Source: Phoronis australis
Lineage: Eukaryota > Animalia > Phoronida
Direction: 5' to 3'
DNA length: 64,000 bases
Assembly: GCA_002633005.1 (NCBI GenBank)
Contig: NMRA01000596.1
Span: forward strand, 125,494-189,493
In this document: piece after piece, positions 13,180 to 25,095 of the stretch
Layout of the letters: each line of letters opens with the position of its first letter
How positions within the stretch are numbered: the stretch's first letter is position 1
Made by a program: the position numbers and the translations under genes
Notes under the pieces: model-generated
Seen by the model: only the letters and a program-made list of their open reading frames with translations
What the model was told of the DNA's origin: nothing
Database searches by the model: none

Positions 13180-16100
13180 TCTATGAAATTTAAGCAAAGA
13201 GGGGCTTGTCCAGAGGCTCCCACTTGTAAACTTAACTCTGATTTCGGAAAAAGCTTCGCAAACTAACAAAAATGATATTCATCCTCGACACAATTCCTCG
13301 AGTATAATGTACACATTCTGTCTTGATATATCACATTTACGTGACGACCGGTTTCTACTGCCAGTCTGAGGTTTGAACATCGAAAACGTGTAAAACTTTG
13401 TACGAACACTCTTGGAAGATTTTCAATTTCTAAATAGTTTTCATCTTTAAATACAACCTTAAAATTTTTGTAATAGTTTAACTTAGAATTGGAATCAACA
13501 TCGGACTGCCATCTTTGCAAAGCACAGTCCTTAATACGTTGTGAGAAAATATTTACAAACGACTCCTTGGTTTACCCAAACATCATAGAAACCATACATT
13601 GACAATAAATTGCGGACTGAGCTTGCCCAATTATACATATGCCTACCATTTTCATCTAGTCTGTAAAACATGTTGTAAGTGGCCCTTGTATAACGTTCCT
13701 GTGGTATATTCAAAATTTTAAACCAATATTTAATACAACTAGCAAGGTAACTCGTAAACATAGGGTATCTGCCACAGTCACCCAATACTGCAGCGTTTGA
13801 GTAAGAACTGCCTAGTCCCAAAATTTTAAATGAACTTTTTCCTAACACTCGTATTCATTAAAACCCCAAATCTCGGCACCATAACACAACGTTGGGTACA
13901 CCAGTTTATCAAATAACTGAAAGCCAAGTGATGGGAGCATGTCGCGACATCTGCACTGTAGTTTCAAAACACGTGATGCAGCTTTACTTGCTTGACAAGA
14001 AAGAGTTTCTGTCGCTTTCGACCACGAGAATTTAGGTGTGATAAAAACACCAAGATATTTATAACGAGATACAGCATTAACTTGTTCTTTGTTAAAAGAC
14101 CATTTCTTATAGTGTCGTAAGAGACCTCCATTTCTAAATACAATTATTTTTTTCTTTAAATTCACAGCCATACCCCATGAATCACAATAATCACTGAGAC
14201 AATTCAACATAGACGCTGTTAGAGAGCACAAAACCATGTCATGTGCATATAATAGTGAATTAATATTTGTATCATGTTCATCTAAGTAGATGCAAGTTAT
14301 GTCACAAGGTGAATTGATTTTTTTTTAAAGAACTCATTGAGACACAAAACAAATAGCAGAGCGCTTATCATAGAGCCTTGACGAGTACCAATAGTGCAAT
14401 TAAATAAGTCTGTTAAACCATCACGTGTTTTAACACATGATCTCAACTTGCTATACATTGATCACAGAATAGATAACATATTACCATGAACATTAATTTG
14501 CATAAGTCTATGAAAAAGTAAATATGTGGTACTCGATCAAAAGCTTTTGAAAAGTCAATAAATGCCCAACAGAACCTGCCACCCTTTTTGCTTATGTGTT
14601 TCTGACATATGCCATACAAAGAAAATATATGATGCACAGTCGCGTAACCCTTGCGGAATCCTGCCTGAGTTTCAAAAAGCTGACCATTACCTTCGGCCCA
14701 GTTATACAATCGGTTATTCAGTATTCTGGTAAAGAGCTTCCCAATAGCCGATAGAAGCGAAATACCTCTATAATTATTCTCATCGTTCACGTTACCTTGT
14801 TTAAACAACGGGATTAACATCGCATAACACCAAGCCTGGGGATAGCAACCTGACTGGAAAATTTTATTGAACAACTTACTGTATGCAGAATAGGCAAAAT
14901 GAATGTTTTGGTACATTTTAACATTTCAAAAGTAACTCCATCAACACCAGCGGCCTTGCCATATGGGAGCTGATCAATATTCTGGATAATTTCACAACAT
15001 GAAATGTCTGCATTTAAATCATGTTGTCTGTTGTGGGTACACTTTTCACAGCAGTTATCATGACTAGTCTGCCTATGGACCACACCACTCATGAGTGAAT
15101 CGCTAACAGGCACTTCTTGGTTCAAGAGACTCTCAAAATAATCATGCCATTTTTGTGGTGTAAAGGACGTGGCTGCGCACCGCGGAGGTTGCGTTCTAAA
15201 TTTGGCGATTTTCCAAAACACTTTTGGGTTGTTCCTATTCTTGGAAATACTTTCCAGTAACTGAGCTTCATAATTTTTTTTTGTCTATATAATTCACGGA
15301 ATAGTTATCTCTTAAATTTATAATTATGCATGTTTGAAGCGGATGTATAACACCGAAATCGACTAAAGGATTCACGTTTAGTATTTTTGGCAGATTCTAA
15401 TTCTTTATCCCACCACATGGGTTGATTCGGTTTCTTGTCTTTATTTTTTCCCGTGATCGACTCGTTTTTATGATTTGACAATGTCAATGCAGTCTGAAAA
15501 TATAGGTCTGAGATACACTGAACCGCCTTGTCTACATCATTTTGCGTTAAATACTCTTCCATTGTCATTGCGCAGTCGTGTAATTCGACTGAAAACGCCT
15601 GCGAGTATTCAACTGTTTAGCACTATCCCACTAATGCTATGATGCGGGCGCAACACATGTGTCTCATCACACGACGTAATCATTGGTTCTTCACACTTAA
15701 AGCTACATATGATAGGCAAGTGATCTGACTCGTCCCAAGCATCTACTTTAAAATCGTTTACAATTTCAAACAAATCAGTAGATAGAAGTACATAATCAAC
15801 TAAACTGCAGCCTCCTGAGGCAAAACATGTAAAATTACCACATGCATCATCACAGCACATGTCAATGAGGGAAAATATCACACTGCATTAAATCCACACA
15901 ACAATGCAGAGCGCTATCCACCAACTAACCTACATGTATTGCCATCTAGCGGAGGAAGTATTTCATAATGTCGCAATTCCACCTGCTGTTAGTTCTATAG
16001 TATAAAGCAGCATTAAGTCAATACCTAGGTTAAAAACAGATTGCAAGTTTTGAATTAGGTCACTTGCCTTTGAAAAATCGGTCTCGAATCGTTCCTAAGT

Positions 16101-17490
16101 CAAAGTAGACGTGATTTTAAGTTATTTAGATGTTAGATCTGATTTTTGACTAAAAGTCAAAATTGCTTTGTGCCGAGAAACAGATGTTGCACTCTTGTTT
16201 TGCAAGACGGCAAGCACCTTAAAAAGTTCAGTTGAAGAACACCTTCCCTACATTGTTTTGTAGACTGAGATGGCTCCCCTTTCAGAAATTAATGCAGTGT
16301 CACACAATAATATAATTTCTTGCACGGTGCGATCCTAGAATACCTTCACAATAAGTTTTGTAAGGCATCTGAGATTCACGGGAGATGCACGTGAATTTCG
16401 AGCCATGGTGGTATCCGTTTCCCNATCATTTTGCGTTAAATACTCTTCCATTGTCATTGCGCAGTCGTGTAATTCGACTGAAAACGCCTGCGAGTATTCA
16501 ACTGTTTAGCACTATCCCACTAATGCTATGATGCGGGCGCAACACATGTGTCTCATCACACGACGTAATCATTGGTTCTTCACACTTAAAGCTACATATG
16601 ATAGGCAAGTGATCTGACTCGTCCCAAGCATCTACTTTAAAATCGTTTACAATTTCAAACAAATCAGTAGATAGAAGTACATAATCAACTAAACTGCAGC
16701 CTCCTGAGGCAAAACATGTAAAATTACCACATGCATCATCACAGCACATGTCAATGAGGGAAAATATCACACTGCATTAAATCCACACAACAATGCAGAG
16801 CGCTATCCACCAACTAACCTATTGCCATCTAGCGGAGGAAGTATTTCATAATGTCGCAATTCCACCTGCTATTAGTTCTATAGTATAAAGCAGCATTAAG
16901 TCAATACCTAGGTTAAAAACAGATTGCAAGGTTTGAATTAGGTCACTTGCCTTTGTAAAATCGGACTCGAATCGTTCCTAAGTCAAAGTAGACGTGATTT
17001 CTTTTAAGTTATTTAGATGTTAGATCTGATTTTTTTTGTCAAAATTGCTTTGTGCCGAGAAACAGATGTTGCACTCTTGTTTTGCAAGACGGCAAGCACC
17101 TTAAAAAGTTCAGTTGAAGAACACCTTCCCTACATTGTTTTGTAGACTGAGATGGCTCCCCTTTCAGAAATTAATGCAGTGTCACCCAATAATATAGATA
17201 CAATTCCTTGCACGGTGCGATCCTAGAATACCTTCACAATAAGTTTTGTAAGGCATCTGAGATTCACGGGAGATGCACGTGAATTTCGAGCCATGGTGGT
17301 ATCTGTTTCCCGTGTACCCGAACTGCTAACTATGCTAGAAACGTCGGGTACTCAGGAGCCGCATTGTGAAATTTACTACCAAAAGACTTAAGTAACCCTG
17401 CGACGTTGCAGCGATTCCAAAATAATTCTCTTGATTATTCACCGTGATGAGCCGTGAGATTATTGCCCTCCCTTAACAGCAGTATTGTGA
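13180..17490 (-). mobile_element. Degraded non-LTR retrotransposon (RTE-X-like LINE) in intron 3 of the PAN-FN3-FBG gene
   Basis: Frameshifted ORF2 pieces: endonuclease end (SLVDY...ESDHLPI), WWDKEL, RT (NYRGISLLS, QAGFRKG, FIDFSKAFD, YKYLG), C-terminal LAVETGR...C...EDEYHF; boundaries approximate; includes an internal assembly duplication. Confidence 0.85.
15536..17311. other. Near-identical tandem duplication across an assembly N (15536-16423 vs 16425-17311), probably a haplotype overlap
   Basis: The junction falls exactly on the N at 16424; the copies differ only by scattered SNPs and small indels. Confidence 0.75.
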
Positions 17491-17545
17491 TAAGAAATTA
17501 ATTTTGATGCTTCTTCCTCAACTTGATTTGAATTGTAAATATATA

Positions 17546-17698
17546 CAGTGGCGGGGCTAAGGGGGCCTTGCCCCCCCCCCCCTTAAAATTCTCCCAGATT
17601 CCATTTTGAAGTTCGGGGTTGTGGATATCTGACGGGCAAAATAATGGCTAATACTCTGCTATGGCCCCCGCTAACTCAAAATACTGGATCCGCCCGTG
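17546..17698. mobile_element. Short GC-rich MITE, CAGTGGCGG...GGATCCGCCC(C/G)TG type (relatives at 26910-27028 and ~49858-50008)
   Basis: Short TIRs, shared core TCTCCCAGAT(T/G)CCATTT, flanked by ATATATA on both sides. Confidence 0.65.
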
Positions 17699-17979
17699 AT
17701 ATATAGTGAATGAATCAGTGACATGTGAATAAAGGAAAATGTAAGTCACCAAAACGTGCTAACAGGCATTATACCAGGGACGCGTTAATCACAAATACGA
17801 GTAATCTTGTAGCATTTATCCAAAATCAACTACCACCTTTCAGAGTAGACGATCTCCCGTGTGGAACTTTTTGGATTCTGCACTTAGAGGGTTCAATTCG
17901 CACCAATCCCTGCTCGCAATCCGTAAAAAGTCAAGCAAAAAGTTAATAAAATTACATCCCAATAGTGTCAAAGTCTTAC

Positions 17980-18143
17980 AGTGAGTGGTAAACGTTGCTT
18001 CAGTATAGACTGTGTTTACACCAAACGGTCTAGCGTTCGTCGCAGTAATCCTTATCACGTATTCGGTAAATGGAAGTAGTTGATCAATGGTGTTATCAAC
18101 AGACACTCCGCTTCCATGGTCATAGACACCGTTTGCGAAGGAG
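17980..18143 (-). CDS. Same gene, exon 3 (C-half of FN3 domain)
   Basis: Acceptor tcttttacAG; SFANGVYDHGSGVSVDNTIDQLLPFTEYVIRITATNARPFGVNTVYTEATFTTH contains the FN3 L-x-P-x-T-x-Y-x-I-x-I-x-A-x-N motif; donor T|GTAAGA; phases 2/1 (164 nt). Confidence 0.82.
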
Positions 18144-19514
18144 CTGTAAAAGATGACCAAAAGATTCTTCAGATTCGCATGAATGATTCACCACATAGTA
18201 TTTAGTTCCATTTCATGACACTGTTTTATCGATTTACTAACCGGGAAACCGACGTCTTGTCTAAAACAACAAAGTCTATTAATACCCTATTGTGGCTAGA
18301 TAATTTAAAGGGACAATTAACCCAGGTTAAGTCAAAAAAAAAGACTTGATTTAAACTACTAACCGCTATAAAATTGACTTCAACACGTTCCTTACTCAGA
18401 CGAGGAGTGATTTTTAGTCAAGGAACTGACAATTTGTTATAAATGTAGCACGAGATTAGTGACAGGCGAAGAAAATGAAACACCAGTCAAATGGTAAAAG
18501 CTTGTCTCGAGCAAAAATGAGTTGTCCACTTTTTTGAAGACGTAAAATTACACCTATTTCGATAAATAAGGAACGACTTGAGACTAATTTCATAACGGTG
18601 TGTGTCCTAAACCAAAAGTTGGTTGCTGTGATGGACCAAGGCGTGCTTGGACGAAAATCATGTTCTGCTGCCGGTGTTAACCCTCAGACGTTTTGTGTAA
18701 TGAAGACAAAAGAAACACACAATTGCAAAATTTGTTAAATTGGGGAGCGTTACTAACAATTTCTGCGAGTTAATCGACGACCGGGGAATTGGGGGAAAGA
18801 CAGTGGCACTTCGATCTCGTGACACACTTTCTTACAAAACCGGGAGTAATTTAGCAACTGGTTGCGCTTGAATGACTTGGCCACTTATAGTGCTTAAAAT
18901 CATGGATTTCATATCAAAAACACAAAAAGCAACCCCACGAATGGACCAGCTATGAAATTAGAACAACCACGATATATTCAGTAGCTGATCTCAAAGTACC
19001 AGCATTTACATGTACTGGTAATAACATATTTCGTAAATTCAGGACAACCAATGAATCACAACACCAGTCATACTACATTGTGTTTCGTGTGAAAGGTCGT
19101 TCATATTGTTGCTCGTTTTCCCGTAGGAGGCGTTGCACTTGTAGTGGTTGTTAGAGCTAAGTATTTGTCCACACCCGCGACTCTTCACTTTCTCAATGAA
19201 CCTCGGGGAAGCGCAGATATCATGGCACAAGTTTGTACAAGCTAGGACCTCACGTGTTGGTGGACATGAAACACTCGCGAGGGAACGTTTTTACGTCACA
19301 CTCATGTCCGTGGGTCTAGGAAACTTTTAATTGAAGTAGCTTTTCTTCTATTTTCTCGTTTTGGGATATTTTATTCCCGATTTTGATGCGAAGTGCTATA
19401 AAGGAAAGTTTAATGAGGCTGACAATGGAGTCACTTGTCAAAACAGGTAAATGGGTTTTTTTAAAACCCCCATTTACCTGTTTTGAAGTATTTTAGGGGA
19501 TCCTATAGATTTAA

Positions 19515-21526
19515 AGGAGAATTTCACCCAAAAAACAACCTATTTGTATCAGTTTAGATCGAGTAGGTCCACTCGATAACAGCAAGTACAGTTCTTTTAC
19601 CTGACACCTGACGGCCGACGGAGGTGTTGAAATTAACCAATGACGTCAGAGGTATGTTCGAACGAAGTCTGCTTAGCAGTTCACAACACGCTTACTGGTG
19701 TCAGCTTATCTTTTGAATTCATCGTTTTACACCAATAAATCATCAAAATTCGATGTAAAACCTTTACAAATATACCGAGTTCTTAAACAAACGTGTTGTT
19801 TTATTTCGCTGTTACGGATTTATAGGTATTTGCGCGTACCGTAGCCAACAAAGTTTGGTAGGCCACTATACCAAGTTCGGTCGCGAGAGTTTGTAGCTGT
19901 TTGTTGTAATTTTAGACTTGTTTCAGGTCAAAACAAACAAAACGCTTGTTATACGTGCCCGTGGCTCGGAACCCGATCAGGCTCGTCGGCCAGACTGGAG
20001 ACATCACGAACATAAACAAGCCAAAGTTGGAAACTAAACTTCGAGTCACGGAAAGACTATACTAATGAGACAAAGAAATAAAGTGCACGTTATTATTTTG
20101 GTAAATTAGTCGCGAAACTGCAAATCTACTTACTAGGCTCGTCGGGGGCCACGAAGTCAGGTTCCCCTTCCACAGAGTTGTAGAGTACATGTAACAATTA
20201 TTCGAATAATGTATATGTATATCTAAATGAAGATTCTCTTAACATCTGACCATACAAAAACGAGTTTTTGTTTCAGAACAGCTTTCTGTCTGCAAACATT
20301 GAATTAGCATGCGCTCACACGTCCTCGTTGCCCGGAAAATTAGCGTTTTTGCACTTAAAGCCGGTAACGCAGTGGTTTATTAATTGCTGGCTTCTCAAAA
20401 CATTTGCACTCACGAACACTCCAAAGGCACTACAAATTGTATCTAGTGAGATAGACTTTGTATATAAGCATTGGTTAGGGTGAGAGTAATTCATTTTGAA
20501 ACAGAACGCACAATAATAAACGCCAACATGGCAACTCGCATTCCCGACTTAGACGAGTGCTCATCCGACGAAGACTTCACAGGCCGAAGGTTAAGTTTCA
20601 CAGGCTATCAGTTCGAAAAGGAATACACTGATCAAGAAATACTAGAGGCGCCGTGAACGTGCTCAGACAACGGAACATATGGGTAGTTCCAAAAACCGTT
20701 TGAATGACTTGTCGTGGAGTCAGTGCTCGATAATGGAAACGATTGACGCTTGCGTTTGCTGCCACGAAACGCCTTCTTGGAGAAGCGCAGTTGTGTCTCG
20801 CGGATCATCCTGATTTTGAACCGCATCTAAACAGAGGTGTGCTTACGACATTTTTAGGGCTGGGAAAAAGAACTGGCGAAGACAACCTACACCCAAAGGT
20901 CCGAACAGAAGCCTGACGAATAAGTAGGTCATCAAACAGGTTATATAAAACGTTATGTTCTCACGCCTTAAATCAATTGTAATTGTTTATGTTTTAATGA
21001 CCAGCTACAATTCTCCAGTCAAAAACTGATCAATATCTGATCTGCGTTTCTTTGTCTCCTGCCTGCCGAACACCCTAGGCACAGCATCTAAATTCAGCCT
21101 CAGTCTCTTTTTGTGCCCTGGCATGAGCTGTTTGATAAGCTGCCATTCGTCAGTGAAATCACTGACTGTCGACGAAATGCCAGCCACTGACACGGAGATG
21201 TGTCACGGCCTCATACTTGCTATTCTCGACGTTCATCCTGCGAGCCACTCCCGAAGCATTACGGGCTCTCAAAAAATCTTAAAAAAAACGATATACCCGC
21301 TTTCCTCGCTGCTTCATAGTTCGCACAAGAGGGAACGATACACCACACCATAGCAAATCTCACTCTGCAGAACAACCACTGACGTCGCTGAATCGTTTCT
21401 CACCCGTTCCTCACAAGTTAACGCGACACCTCTCGGCGAGGAAAGATCGACCGTACAAGAGGTGATGTGGATACGGATCAATTAAAATGGTAAAAAAAGA
21501 TTATTTAAATCGGGTGGCATTCTCCT
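19515..21526. mobile_element. Kolobok-type element, family 1, copy C (most complete)
   Basis: TTAA TSDs at 19511-19514 and 21527-21530; ~15-bp TIRs; + strand frameshifted MATRIPDLDECSSDED...GYQFE...RLNDLSWSQCSIMETIDACVCCHE...CLADHPDF; - strand THAP remnant MVWCIVPSCAN...LRLNLDAVPRVF. Confidence 0.88.
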
Positions 21527-22616
21527 TTAAAAGCCCTCTTGAGGCGTTACCGGGAACCATTCAAATGTCTTAGCACGTTGACCGGCGGAATCTCAAAGTC
21601 AACATTTTTAAGCTGTTTATTTCATCTAAAACAAAATAAAAATAATACAGTGCCTGCCCACAAATCGACGGTACATGTACAGATGAAGTCAATCAAATAC
21701 GTCCAATGCTTTTCACCATTAATATACAGCAGGAGACACAACCAGTTCGGAGAAATCACCAAATTATGGTACAGTAAGTTAATGAAGTCCTTTATCTGTA
21801 GGAACTTGATCAATCAACTTTTGAAATGATTCTTGAAGGGCACTGACCGACCTTTGTTTTGAAGGGGTCGTTCATGCTGAACTAATGATTGTAGTAGGCA
21901 AAGTATTCGTCAGTTTATTATTTAATCTGTTGCGATTGTCATAATTTGGAAAGCCGCTCAACTAATTTTTTATTCTATTCTCAAGTTTCATCAATGGAAC
22001 TACATGTACCTTTTGTTTAGCTCATTAAAAATGTAGGGCGTGCATTGCTTCAAGGGTTACGGTATCAAATTACCTACAATTAGGCAATCAATTATGTGAT
22101 TTGATTCCGTACAGCAGATACAAGAAATCAAGTAAAGCTATTTAGTAAACGTGATTAACGTATGTATGGCAAAGTCTCGCATGATTTTTGCCGCGCTTTC
22201 CATGTTTCTTGGGACTACAGAACGCAGTCGTTTCTTGACTCCTTTAAATTGCAGTGCCTGAGAAGAAAAGGTCTCGAATCACGAATGCTCCTAAGTTCCG
22301 CAAAGCTAAATGAGCAGTTTTCGCGAGGACACGTCCGTTCACTTCCAGTCGCCGTTATTCTTCTCGGAAACGACTGCACTTAGGTTAAACTGGACTTTTT
22401 CAAATGCAAAATTCTGAAACCTGCCATGCACATCACTGTCTTTCCACGAACGCTTCATTCATTATGACGAGTCATCCTACCACATGGTAGACCTCCGAAG
22501 TTCTCTCTACCTTTCACTTTTTTAAAAATTAAGAATTGATTTCTCCTGAAGAGAACTATCCGAAAATCTTACGGCTTGGGGTGAAGTGTTGGTGAAATAG
22601 TACATGTTATCGGTAC

Positions 22617-22755
22617 CTGAAGTCTGATGCAGACGACACTTTATACTCAATTTTAAATGTCTGTGTGAATCCACCATTCCATTGGGCGTTCCAGGTTATT
22701 GCGACGCTGTTCGTTTTGATTTCAGTAACATTTAACGTCGGTGGCGCCGGGGGAC
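22617..22755 (-). CDS. Same gene, exon 2 (N-half of fibronectin type III domain)
   Basis: Not in the ORF track. Acceptor tttcttttccacAG; reads (G)PPAPPTLNVTEIKTNSVAITWNAQWNGGFTQTFKIEYKVSSASDF; donor AG|GTACCG; phases 1/2 match both neighbours (139 nt). Confidence 0.82.
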
Positions 22756-23069
22756 CTGTGGAAAAGAAATTTACATAGCCGAGGTCAGCGTAATGGAAGC
22801 TACCGTGGGTTTATTTCCGGAGAATGCCTCAGAACTGGCATACACGCATTTAGACCCATAGGTAAAGCTGATAACAACATGCATAACATGGAATCAAACC
22901 AAGGTGCAAGTAAAGCAACACGTAAAAAGTACACAGTTATTCTCGAGATTTATGCGTCACGGTACATCTTGACATGTTTTCAAGGTCTAGTAATTGCTAA
23001 GCAGACCTGCTAGGAACAAACAATAGATAAAAACACAAAAGGTCAAATTTAAGATAAACGCCTGTACAT

Positions 23070-23447
23070 TACGGCGTTTTCCCGTTGCTCCAAACTTGTT
23101 CGATTCTATAGCCCAACAACAAGTTGCTAAGATGACCCCTGTAGCAAATATTTTACACGACTGATTATCTCCATTCTGGCGTTTATGGTTGGAGGGCAAG
23201 CTCTCTTTTGTTCAACACTTGCTCTAATCTCCAATAAGATCGTATCCAGCCTGACCGGGCTGTGCTGTTAAAAATAAAAGTTAAGTTATAATATTTTTGA
23301 ACATAAACCAATAGCATTTCTGAAATTCTCGTCGAGTGGCGATCATGTTTAGTTTCTGAATCGCCAAAATCGCCCGACTACAACCGAAGTTACGACAATT
23401 TATTCTTTCCAAACGTACCAATTCGCTCTGGGATTGACTGTGTTCAC
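23070..23447 (+). repeat. ~380-bp interspersed repeat, copy 1
   Basis: Reverse complement of 47686-48070 and 55040-55421 with nearly the same endpoints. Confidence 0.8.
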
Positions 23448-24764
23448 AAGTGGTCGGTGATAAGCCTAGTAGATAATTGGCCTGCATGTTGTCATACCAT
23501 AAAAAAGACTGTGCTTGGCAGTTAAAAAAGAAGCTATGTTATCACACGCTCACATCTCTACGTCTGGTAAAGTCACAGAACGGGAAAACGCCGTCATGGG
23601 TTACAAGGCACGAGAATAACCCCTGCCTGTACGTGAAACTGACGCGCACGGTATGTAAACAATTTAATTGACTATAAACCCACTTTCCGTCAAAAAATAG
23701 CTTTTCACAAAGAGCTCTTACTTTCAGAAGCCTTAACTTGACCGCTACGTAGATTTGAGGCGATTTCTGGGCTCACAAACAAATGACATTTCCCAATTGG
23801 ATTAGATTAACTTCCGTAATTTGGTATGCGACAGAGTACCTTTTCATGCGGCAAGCCTGATGTCAAGCACTGAGTCTAACAAATTGTTAGTTCTTCCCTG
23901 CGCCAGAAATCATTCCTCGCCCAAGAAAGGAACAAGATGAAGCCGATTTTAGTGTTGTACACCTGCATGTACACGTTGTCTACGACCGAAGAGGCGTTTA
24001 ACGTTGATGACCGCTTTAAGAGCTTATTGGAAAAACGCCCGATTTCAAATATGTGGGCGTAGACTTAATGCTGGCATGATGATCTTTTCATGTTCGGTTG
24101 CATGAAAGAGTACGAAATAAGGAGATAGCTACGTTATATTTCACCAGATTATTCTTGCTACATTTATGCTACATACAAGTAAAATTTTGGCTTTGATAAG
24201 CACTGCGAGGAAGATCTTAATAGTGTTGAATTTTCATTCTTATTGGAAATAAATTTGGATCTTTTCAGTCAAGGCCTCAAATTGAATGGCTGAGTCCCTA
24301 TTTATTTTCATTCAAATAATTTCTCAGCCGTTAGGTATATTATTATTGAAAAAAGTCTCGTTAGTCAAAGAGGAGTTCATAATAAAAAATATAGAAAATT
24401 ATAACATTTGTTAGAACAAAGTCATTACTATGCAGACGAATTAGGGAACTTAGTTGAGTCCTTATTGGAGACTGCTTCATGCAAACGGGCGCACCGTCTG
24501 GATTTTATTTCCTAACTCAGACTCGACACCGACAGCGACTCGAAGCCGTATCATTCGAGAACAAATTACTAAGTTTTGTCGAAGCATGCGATGCAGCCAA
24601 TCAATTTTCGAGTTGAGTTTCAAGTACAAAGATTAGAGTGTGGGCATGGAATGTGTAGTTAGTGATCTTTATACAGCACTAGGCTTCATTGAACTAACCA
24701 TTACACCATCAAAGAACAAATATGTTAAAAGCTCAAACGACAAATTAAAAGAGTGAAGCCTCAC

Positions 24765-25095
24765 CAAATTCCATATTGATCCACTTCCACGTAGCGTCAT
24801 CCTTTAAAATGATGGTCGTCTCGTTATCACGCACGTGCAGGTCGTTGAGTTCACAAATGTTAGTACTCCGGTGAAAATTAACCGACGAACAACGTCCCGT
24901 GGCACGATACTCCATGATACACAGATGTATGCAATGTGTGCTCTTTCTGCTCTCAAATACTTTATCGAGAAACGCTGCGTTAATTAACCTCTTTCCGTCT
25001 CTAATTTCTGTGCTCTTGTAAAATGTTGCTGAGGCTTCGAACGTCAACGCAATGCCCAAAAAATAGAATGAAAACACTGATACTTGTAAATGCAT
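24765..25095 (-). CDS. Secreted PAN-FN3-fibrinogen-like protein, exon 1 (signal peptide + PAN/Apple domain)
   Basis: ATG at 25095, hydrophobic leader MHLQVSVFSFYFLGIALTFEASA, PAN-type pattern C-x3-C...CSSVNF...CELN; donor G|GTGAGG, phase 1 (331 nt). Confidence 0.85.

Noticed and set aside
15536-17311. Apparent recent 888-bp tandem duplication giving two identical 90-aa ORFs
   Set aside because: The junction coincides with an assembly N and the differences look allelic; most likely an uncollapsed haplotype overlap.
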